Program-made: the position numbers and the translations under genes | Part shown: piece by piece, positions 23,407-32,700 of the stretch | Numbering within the stretch: the stretch's first letter is position 1 | How the letters are laid out: each line of letters opens with the position of its first letter | The notes under the pieces: generated by a model | Told to the model about the DNA's origin: nothing | Seen by the model: the letters and a program-made list of their open reading frames with translations, nothing else | Database searches by the model: none | Origin: Schmidtea nova | Lineage: Eukaryota | Reading direction: 5' to 3' | NCBI GenBank assembly: GCA_044892505.1 | Contig: CM097883.1 | Coordinates: 349,680,001 to 349,744,000, forward strand | Length of the DNA: 64,000 bases

Positions 23407-26064
23407 TTAACACTGTTCTTGCCCCAACATGACATATATATATGCTTCCTCCTGATACTTTACTATGCACTCTTTGGCCTCTGTATGAATAAAGTCTGAT
23501 TCTTGATAAACATGGAATATTTGAGGCTCTGACATGATTAATTTAGTTGGATTTGCTTCAGGGCAATTTTCAACATCTAACAGTGAGTATTTTTGTCCCC
23601 ACTTTGGATTTTGACAATCATATGCTACCATTGCATTGCCTCCCTTGATTAAATCTAATAACAAAGTGATAATGACTATTACTATGGAGGTTATCGATTT
23701 ACTCTCTGTCTTTGGTTTTACTGTTGCTTTCTTTATTAATTGTTTTATTACCTCATCTGTATCACTCTCTTTATTCGTCGTATCTTTATCATATAATACT
23801 TTCCATCCTCCTTTCTTTTTTATCCATGGTATTGCCTCTACTTTCAATCTTTTAAACATCATTGTTGCTACTTTTTCTAATTGCTCTTTTGGATTTTCCT
23901 TTATGAGCTTTTTATATCTTGCGGCCAAGTATGCCATGGCCGTTATTATTTTATCTTTATCTATCCCTGTATTAAACATGATTTTTAACACTGTTTTTTC
24001 ATTTGCTTCCTCTGTAACTAGTTCTTTAGTATCCTTTTTAATTAACATCATCCTTTCAGTTATATTTTCAATAAGTACTGTTGGCTTTGTTTCTGGAAAT
24101 AGCTTAATATTCATTGCTTTTATTACTTCTTTTATTTTGTTTACGTCATTATTATCGTCTTGATACTCTGGTTGTTCATGTTTATGTTGATTTGCAATCT
24201 CTCTTAATCGTTCTGCTGTCTTCCTATTCTCCGATTTTTCTATTATTTCTGATTTTCGAGGTCTTCCTCTACCTCGTTTTGATGTTTCTGCATCTTTTGT
24301 TTTTGCTTCCTCAGCTATTCTTTCTATTGTTTCTTGTAAGTTACTATACTTTTCATCTATAGGTTTAAATATAATTTCTTCATCCATTACTGATTTCTTT
24401 GTTTCGCTAGGTGATTTATCCCATAGCCTAAATAATCTATCAAAATCGTTTTCTTCATTTATACTCAACTCAACCGACGGTACTGGCGTCATTATTTCAT
24501 TGATCATTTGTTTTTCTACTGTGGCTACCACAATATTATCACTTACTGGGTTTATCCCATAATCGATTAAGTACTCGTCACTTAATAATTCTATTCCGTT
24601 AAAATATAATTTTATTACATCTTTCTCTCCTATGGTTCCTGGCCATTTGGCTCTTACCATTCGTTTTAATTTGCTCACTTTAGTGCAAGTATGCATCTTT
24701 TGTTTAATACTAAAAAAATAATTATCATTTGATTCAATCGTTACATTTAGTGTTTCATGCAATTTTTCATTTTTTCTTATATATTCTCCATAACATTTCA
24801 ACATCTCTTTTATTTCTATTTCTAATTCAAATACTCTCGTTACATTTTGTCTCTTTACCATCATTGGTATTAAATTTCTAAGTCTCTCTAAATCAATCCC
24901 ATTAACCTGTATTTTATTGATTACTCTTAATGTTTCATTGTCATCAAACGGTTGCTTATGCAATACCTCTTTAAATTCCTCTATTAATTCTTTTTGTCTA
25001 TTTTCTTCTGTAAGAAATATTTCATCTGCTTTTCTAATTTCCTTTAACTCATCATTATCAATATCTACTTCATTTGTAAAGGTGCTAAATTCATTTATAG
25101 ACATTTCAAGTTTTCTCTCAATAAGTCTTCCATATTGAGTTTTAAATTCTTTTAGTTCCTCTCTTAATATATTTATTTCTTTATTTGCTGATTCGAGCTC
25201 AGCACTATTTACTTGTTTTATCTCAGGCTCATTTTTAAATCTTACTCTTATTGGTGAATCTGCTCGTGGTTTATTACATACCTTTGCTAGGTGGCCATAC
25301 TTTTGGCAATTATAACATTTTATTTGTCCATTAAAATTCACTTTATCTCTACCATCATTATTATAAGTATTTCGCCTCACTGGGCTATCTTGCCTATTTC
25401 TCGAATTATCTCTATATCTATTATCTCTTCTATTATATTCGAAGCGACTATCTCTATTATTTTTATTATATCCACTGTAACTGTTTCTGTTATAACCAGA
25501 ACGACTATCTCTAAAATTATCGAAATTTTTATTTCCTGGACTATTAAACCTTCCCCTGTTTTCAGGTGATTGGCTTCTATTAGGACTAAATTTTCTTCTA
25601 TTATTAACAAAATTCAAGTATAATTGTTTCATTTCTTCCCAGGGAATACTATCATCCTTATTTCTCAACTCAGGTTTTACCTCGGGTTGTTTTTCAACTT
25701 CTACAGCATCTACCTCTGGTTTAAATCTATCTCTTTGTATTGCTTCGATACGTTTTGCCTTTTGAACTAACTCATTTAAGTCTTCATACTCAATTGTAAT
25801 TAATGCTTTGTATAAATATTTTTGGATGCCGTTCCAAAACTGATCCTCAATAAATTTACTAGTGTGATCTCCGGCACCAAATGCCTTTTTTGCTAATTCT
25901 GTTATCGTGTATATATATTCACCTACTGATTCTCTGGCTCCTTGGTATCTACTTCTAAATTTTTGAACATTTATTTTTTGTAAGTCTCGATCTATTACTA
26001 TTTCTTTTCTAAGGTTTGTAACCAACTCTTGATAATTAATACCGGCATCAATCTCCGGCACCAA
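23407..26064 (-). CDS. gag: Gag continuation with CCHC knuckle, ubiquitin-like domain, AT-hook, Bcl-2-like domain, signal peptide and glycoprotein N-terminus
   Basis: CYNCQKYGHLAKVC; KVSKLKRMV...KLYFNGIELLSDEYLIDYGI; KRGRGRPRK; IMFNTGIDKDKIITAM...WIKKKGGW; hydrophobic ITSIVIVIITLLLDL followed by AYDC...SLLDVENC. Confidence 0.85.
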   Translation of the reverse strand: MVPEIDAGINYQELVTNLRKEIVIDRDLQKINVQKFRSRYQGARESVGEYIYTITELAKKAFGAGDHTSKFIEDQFWNGIQKYLYKALITIEYEDLNELVQKAKRIEAIQRDRFKPEVDAVEVEKQPEVKPELRNKDDSIPWEEMKQLYLNFVNNRRKFSPNRSQSPENRGRFNSPGNKNFDNFRDSRSGYNRNSYSGYNKNNRDSRFEYNRRDNRYRDNSRNRQDSPVRRNTYNNDGRDKVNFNGQIKCYNCQKYGHLAKVCNKPRADSPIRVRFKNEPEIKQVNSAELESANKEINILREELKEFKTQYGRLIERKLEMSINEFSTFTNEVDIDNDELKEIRKADEIFLTEENRQKELIEEFKEVLHKQPFDDNETLRVINKIQVNGIDLERLRNLIPMMVKRQNVTRVFELEIEIKEMLKCYGEYIRKNEKLHETLNVTIESNDNYFFSIKQKMHTCTKVSKLKRMVRAKWPGTIGEKDVIKLYFNGIELLSDEYLIDYGINPVSDNIVVATVEKQMINEIMTPVPSVELSINEENDFDRLFRLWDKSPSETKKSVMDEEIIFKPIDEKYSNLQETIERIAEEAKTKDAETSKRGRGRPRKSEIIEKSENRKTAERLREIANQHKHEQPEYQDDNNDVNKIKEVIKAMNIKLFPETKPTVLIENITERMMLIKKDTKELVTEEANEKTVLKIMFNTGIDKDKIITAMAYLAARYKKLIKENPKEQLEKVATMMFKRLKVEAIPWIKKKGGWKVLYDKDTTNKESDTDEVIKQLIKKATVKPKTESKSITSIVIVIITLLLDLIKGGNAMVAYDCQNPKWGQKYSLLDVENCPEANPTKLIMSEPQIFHVYQESDFIHTEAKECIVKYQEEAYIYVMLGQEQC

Positions 26065-26512
26065 ATGCCTTTTTTGCTAATTCTGTTATCGTGTATATAT
26101 ATTCACCTACTGATTCTCTGGCTCCTTGGTATCTACTTCTAAATTTTTGAACATTTATTTTTTGTAAGTCTCGATCTATTACTATTTCTTTTCTAAGGTT
26201 TGTAACCAACTCTTGATAATTAATACCTTTACATGCTAAATTATTGTATGCCTGTAATGCGTATCCCTTTAAGTATAATGGGATTCGTTGTTTTAATTCA
26301 TTTGTTTTCCATCCGCAAGCCTCTGCATACTGTGTGATTTCGGCAAAAAGGTCGTCGAACTTTTCAGGGTCTCCCTTATATGATTCTATTGGTAATGTTT
26401 TTATAAAATTATGGCTTCTTATGTTGTCTGTATTACTGTTACTTCCACTATTGCTGCTGCCTGTACTATTATTACTCATTTTGTATATTATCTTTTTTCT
26501 CAACTTGTGCAA
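26048..26512 (-). CDS. gag: Gag N-terminus, truncated by an internal tandem duplication
   Basis: IESYKGDPEKF...AEACGW...IPLYLKGYALQAY resembles a retrotransposon gag core. First ORF after the PBS. Confidence 0.8.
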   Translation of the reverse strand: MHKLRKKIIYKMSNNSTGSSNSGSNSNTDNIRSHNFIKTLPIESYKGDPEKFDDLFAEITQYAEACGWKTNELKQRIPLYLKGYALQAYNNLACKGINYQELVTNLRKEIVIDRDLQKINVQKFRSRYQGARESVGEYIYTITELAKKAFGAGD

Positions 26513-26710
26513 TATTTCAGGTGGCTTATCTATAATGACTTTCTTTATCTTTTTACCTATTTTGTTATTGTTAACCTTAAATGTTTGTATATCTTTGAAT
26601 TTCTGTTTTGGTCAATAATATTTAGATAAATATATTTTCCCGATATATATATTACAATATCCCTCTGATCGCAATTCCTATCCCCCAATTGATATTATAA
26701 TATTTTATGG

Positions 26711-26728
26711 TCCCGGTTCGCGGCACCA
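26711..26728 (-). promoter_or_regulatory. Primer-binding site (tRNA-Phe-like 3' end; tRNA-His not excluded)
   Basis: TGGTGCCGCGAACCGGGA lies 2 nt inside the 5' LTR. Its complement UCCCGGUUCGCGGCACCA resembles the metazoan tRNA-Phe 3' end. Confidence 0.8.
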
Positions 26729-26730
26729 AA

Positions 26731-27871
26731 TGTTGAGGTTCCAAATATTTGCTATTTGCAATCTCAACTTGTTATTGGGGTGATTCTTATATAAATATCA
26801 AAAGCAAAGTTTGTTTTTCAAAATTTTATTAATACAATAAAATTACTTTTTATTTCGTTTACAATTGTCTACGAATAACTCAAATTCTTTATTACACAAA
26901 TTTAAAAAGAAAAAGTCGTATCAAATCAATTCTTGCAATTGAACCTATTGGGTGACTGTTATGTAGTGCGTGCTATATTTAATTGTGGATCCAATGTTTC
27001 TGATCCGGGTTTTAATAAGTTTTTCAAGATTGCCTTGAAAACTCAATTTGCGCTAATTTTAAATCTTGATTTTACACTAGATTTTAAAGCTAGGATTTTT
27101 TTGGGCCCCTTTACTGATTTTTTCTTTAGTTTATATAGTAAAATTTGGTATGGATAAATAATTTAATTTCCGGTCTGATATTAAAATATTATTAAATTTA
27201 GTTTTCAATTTATTCTATACTCTGCGATTAAAATAATTATATTTCAATTTCCGTTCTTGTCGTGATATTAAAATTTTCAATTTATTCTATACTCTGCGAT
27301 ATAATTATATTTTAATTTCCGGTCTTGTCACGATATCAAAATTTCCAAATTATTTCGTATTCTGTGATATTAAAATATTATTTAGATTTGATTATTTTTA
27401 AACAACTGAATTAAATTATTTTATTTATTGATCTGTTTGTTTTATATGTATATACAACTCATAAAATAATAAAAGGAATAAAATACACATCAAGATACAC
27501 ATCAAGATAAAAGGAATAAAATACACATCAAGATACACATCAAGATAAAAGGAATAAAATACACATCAAGATATATTAAAAGAAAACAAATGTTTGTTGA
27601 GAAATGTCACAATAATAAAATGTCACAATCATATTAATTTTCTTGATTTCTGTGATGGGAGTTGCAATCTTTGTTGAGAAATGTCACAATAATAAAATGT
27701 CACAATCATATTAATTTTCTTGATGGGAGTTGCAATCTTTGTTGTGTGGCTTGGATTGGGATTCTGTGTATTGGGATTCCGCGTAAATGTTGATCCTATA
27801 GCTGTTAGGCCCTGTCCTATAATATTTATTTAGGACAAATGCTTGGATGGGCTTCCCTCGATCATCCAACA
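26731..27871 (-). repeat. 5' LTR of element D
   Basis: Direct repeat of 13927-15067, adjacent to the PBS. Confidence 0.95.
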
Positions 27872-29452
27872 CAGTGTCTGATCCACCGGTCCAAATTGAA
27901 AATGGACATTTTTTCCCCAGTTCTCGTCTCCACTTGTACATCAACGCATTTAGCGTTCTGAGGAGCTCTTGTGGAAGCGATTTCAATCTCTTCTGCTGCG
28001 TCCGGATCGGCTGGTCATCAGCCTGGGCCGCACGTCGTTGGATCGCCAAAAATTCCTCCACTTTTGTTTGTTTCATCTGAGATAAGAATGATTCCAATAA
28101 AAATTAATGTGACAAATTCGCTAATCGTAGTGAAATCCGATGAAGTATGCTCCCCTCGTTGATGAAAAAAATATATATATTGATAAATTTTAATTCAAGG
28201 ATTCATTGGTCTTGCCGTGAGGAGATTGATCATTTAAAACCCCCAAAAAAATGAAGAGAAGGAATGAGAAAAATTTTCTAAAACTATTAACTTAACACCG
28301 TCGCTATATACAGCGATCGGGATACGTTTATAAGAAATCTAAATATTATTGCCTGCGCTATTTACAGCGATCAGGTTACTGTTTTATTTATCCAATCTGT
28401 GATTTAAATTCGATTATGTTACTATTTATACCCTAGTCAGAATTTCACTATACTATCGGAATCTCCTCGGTGTGTCCGGATGCATCTATTTGTCTAGATC
28501 AGCTGCAGTTGTGTGGATTCGACATAACGTACATAAGGTGAAACCGATTTAGTTGATTTGTTAAGTTATATAATCAATGATATTTTAATTACTCTTGGAC
28601 ATCTCCTGTTTGATCGAACGCTACCTAACCAACACTAGACCCTGTTTGCAAGCACAACCCTGGCCCATGCACAATTCTACTTTAAGGTAAACCTCTGATA
28701 GCACTCAATTAAATAAAATAAAACTGTCAATAGAGACTTCGCTCACCATCTTGTGGAACGGTGAAATCCCACACTTACGGCTTACTCCCTCGCAGCGTGA
28801 GCTACTGAGGAAGTGTATTTATTATAAAATAATGAAATAAGAAAAATAAACCAAATCATTAATAATAAACTATATTAAAATAAAATCAAATGGGAATCAT
28901 GAGAAACATGTAATAAAAAAAATTTTAATAACAATAAAAACAAAATTACTCTCTAAGATCCGATTTTGATGCGTTCCCAAAAATTATTTCGAAAATTTAT
29001 CGTAATAAAGTTGATGTGACTGAATCGATTGTTATAGATCAGTTCGGTAATCAAAATTTTTATGTCTGTTTTTATGATTTTTGGATCGGTATTGACCAAT
29101 CAGGATCAGGCCATCCATCAAAGTAATTTTGTTATTTTATTTTAATATAAACCATTTTAAATTTCCGGTTCAGGTTTCTCGCTGGGTGGTCCTGATTTTT
29201 CAAGTAATTAACTAATTAATTGTACTCTTATTTGATTTTATTTGTAATTTTCTTATTTCAGACCCCCATGCTGCTCGTTCCCGTGTCAATTTGATTTTTT
29301 TCCTTTGCTGGAAATTTAGTTATTATTATTTATTATTTTATTTTTATTTTTAATTTAGGTTTTTCCAATGTTTTTTGTATTTATTATTTGTATTTTTTGT
29401 TTAAATTATTACATTATTCTTGTCTTTTTTATACCATTTGGTGTGCCCAACA

Positions 29453-29760
29453 AAAATTTACTTTATTTAAACAAAACACAAAATGGCGATAAAACTATAA
29501 ATTAGCGCTTTTAATTTGAATAAATATTTACTTTATTTAAACAAAACACAAAATGGCGATAAAACTATAAAATAGCGCTTTTAAATTTAAATAAATATTT
29601 ACTTAATTTAAACAAAACACAAAATGGCGATAAAACTCTAAAAGTAGCACTTTTAAATTTATATAAATATTTACTTTATTTAAACAAAATATAAAATGGC
29701 GTAAACTTCGAAAATAGTGCTTTAAATTTAAATGAATATTTACTATAGTTAAAGAAAAAT
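29453..29760. repeat. Right part of the AT-rich minisatellite split by LTR A
   Basis: Same unit as 11775-12331, resuming in register. Confidence 0.9.
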
Positions 29761-32700
29761 TCCAATACAAGTCTATAAACCTTAAACTCAACCCTAACAT
29801 TATAAACGAATGATTGTCGTTTGCTTTGTATTTCTGTGCAGCCCATTTTGAACGATTCCCCATTTCCCTTTATAATAAATGAAAGAATTGTTTTTGTTGG
29901 TGTTTCACGTGGTCTATTTCAATACTTTATTCGCAAATTCCGCTCAAGAAGTTGAAACCTAGCTTGATAATCATCAAGTGTATACTCACGATTGTCTTTA
30001 ACACAATTCTGTTGGTACTGTATACCACGGTTTTTAGGATCAACAGACAAGTAAGCTCCTGTGATAACTGCTCTCTGTCAGTTCCTACCATTATGGGTTC
30101 ATTTTTTGGTCGATAGAAGACCATTGGTTGTAACCTCATTTCTACACTAGCACTATTTCGCCCCTTATATGACATGGGACCTTTTGGAATACCCATTACA
30201 TGTACAGACCATTCATTCATTGTAGGAAGAAGAAGACTGTTGATGGTATCGAGATACTTAAGTACATTCATAGTCTCCGTAATGAGATTAAGTGGTGACT
30301 GAAATACCTCCAGAACATTGATCCTTTAAGAAAAGTTCGATGTTGGGCTGTAAAACGGGTCTACCCTGCACACATTTCACAAAATGAGAGCGAGGTTGTG
30401 AATAATGAATAGCCGTTTTATCTGAGAAAACTACCTACAAAGATTCATGAAAAGGTTAAGCTCAAGTGCACATGCAATATTGAGAAATAACTTTTTCCAT
30501 TGATGAGCATTCCAATTTTGATGTGCTTTAGCTTAATAAAAATGAATATGCGTATGTTTAGAGGTTCATGATGGTTATTTCACAGGCCTGTGACTCACAA
30601 TTCCTGACCGAGCTAGCAAGCGTTTAACAGTAGAAAGACTAACTCCTGGACCTTACCACTAACAGAGACCATTCTTAAATTTGTCGGCCGTCTTAGACAC
30701 GGTAACATTTTCACTTGTAAAATACTAGCACTTAACGATTCGGATTAACACTTGGTTTTAAACTAGCGTTTCCTTTCTCACAAATGATCCTATATAAATT
30801 AGGGTGATGTCGTTGAATATGACGCTTCATATTCGATACTCTACTAGGCGCACTATATCCTTTCCCACCGAAAGCACTAATTTTTATGCCACAAATTTGT
30901 TTTTCCGAGTCATCCTCAGCTTGACAAATAGATCGTCCTCAGTCTTCTCATAATATTCATTAACCGTGGATTTTTCCTCGATCCCCGAGACATCTTAAAC
31001 AAAGATTAATTTTTCAATTTTTATTTACTCTAATAAAATTAGCTTAATATAACTATAATAAAAAATTAAATATGTTTTATTACAAAGAAAACCCACCTCT
31101 GATTTTTTGAATTACAAAAGAAAACACAGAAATGAAAAGTAGTTAGTATATATTACGCAATGGTACACAGATGCGATTGATGCAAAACAATGACTGGAAA
31201 AAATGCGTGAATTTTACCGAGCAAACAAATATATGCATTTCAAGTAACAGATGAAACATATCAGATCTTGCTTTTCGACATAAAAAGAAAAGGACCAATA
31301 GTTTTTGCGTTGACTTGTATGCATTGGATTTTGGGGATTTTGGTGACTCTGTCTCAGCGCAACTAATGACACATACACGTTTAATATTCATACGTCATAC
31401 ACATTCATTATTACGCAATTAAAACTATAGAAATTTCGTAATAAATAAAATGCATTTCATAGAAAAAATGGTTGGAGTCGCTTATCTTTCACGACTCCGG
31501 TTCCAATTTCGGACAAAACACCGCGATTCCACGACTTTAACTCCGACTTCGACCCCACAGCTCTGGAATATTCCCTATTCATTTGTTAACTCGTGCTTGC
31601 TAAAATATCCTCAAATATAAAAAGAAATTGTTTGAATAATTTTGAAATTTATGTTGTATTTAAAAATAAAGCTTTTTGAAATTATGGATGTTATTAATTT
31701 AAGAAACCAAAAATATAAAATTTGTATTTTTGAGGCTAACCCACCCAATAGGTTATCCGTAAAATAGATTTTAATCCTTGTAAGTATTTCGTCACGGATT
31801 TTGCAACTGCGTATTTGGAAACTCTTCTCAGTCCTTCTCCTTCACATTGCTTTAAATGAGCTTCATAATAAGCAATTGTCTTAAGCACGACTACAAAGTT
31901 GAAATTTACTAAGAAAACTAACACTTCTTATAGATTAGTAGTCTGATAGGAATAACATCCGGAGTTTAAACATCTCCATTTATAACCGTCAACGTTTTTC
32001 GCTTGTCGTTTTAATTTCATATTGCAGTTATTACAGTGCTTCACATCATAAATATGTTTATTTTACATTAACCATGCTAATTGTTCTATTGCTTCAATAT
32101 TTATAAATCGGTATCATGCTAAAACCACCCTCCTTCCGGGAAGTAATTTGGACCTGATCCACAAAAATTTTCAAAAACCAAGATAAAGACACATTTTTGT
32201 TACTTCCGAAAAATCAAACTCTGATTGGACGCACACACAACATTTCCATTCAATTTCTAATCCAATCGATCCTTTGGTAACAATTCTATCAACTCGATTG
32301 GTTGCACACCAAAATAGAAAACATCCTGATTGCACATTCCATAACAATATTAACATAAATAAAAATATTATTTGTTTGTTATTAGCGGAGTATTTTTTAA
32401 ATTTTAATGCTAAAATTTAAAATTGGTAAGCCTTCTCCGCAATGTTTAATTCTGTCGATGTTCCAAATTCTCAATTTCGGTTTATTATAAATAAATTATG
32501 ATAACACTGATTAAAGGATTTATTTATTAAATACAATTTTTTACAAATCCAATTACCCTTCACCAAAACTTTATGCTGATAATAGTTTTCAATGCGATTG
32601 TTTGTTTTCAAATGCTGTTGCCCAAGTTAGGTTACGTACACTAGGCTTTATTTTAATAATTCTATTCTTTGACAATTAGAAACTTAAGATAAAGATTTTA

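Larger units (their letters stand above)
13927..27871 (-). mobile_element. Full-length Ty3/gypsy-type LTR retroelement (family D) with env-like and accessory genes
   Basis: Two 1141-bp TG...CA LTRs, 4-bp TSD CAGT (13923-13926 and 27872-27875), PBS, and gag/PR/RT/RH/IN motifs in gypsy order. Confidence 0.96.
13597..28097 (-). pseudogene. LTR A-encoded YKWRR-family gene split by the gypsy insertion (28097-27876 plus 13926-13597; 183 aa when rejoined)
   Basis: Removing the insert and one TSD gives ...LMYKWRRELGKKCPFSIWTGGSDTVIYRGGPGWEIP...IIVLTDIAGNPTTVIHWGYI..., which aligns by eye with ORF 37026-37436. Confidence 0.8.
12332..29452 (-). mobile_element. Solo LTR of family A (~3.2 kb net) interrupted by the full-length gypsy element
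   Basis: TGTTGG...CCCAACA termini and imperfect 4-bp TSD AATA/AAAA within the minisatellite. Collinear homology to 36841-38806 at both ends. Confidence 0.8.

Noticed and set aside
15043-26629. Many plus-strand ORFs rich in F/L/I/S (e.g. 15043, 15892, 20516, 23636; similarly 41248)
   Set aside because: Shadows antisense to real A-rich coding sequence, with no domain motifs.
27711-28097. 128-aa ORF as a real gene
   Set aside because: Chimeric: LTR A gene N-terminus fused by the insertion to the coding end of the element D 5' LTR.
29927-30271. Non-LTR RT fragment (W...IPKG...YRP)
   Set aside because: Resemblance is limited to a few residues and no downstream RT motifs were found.
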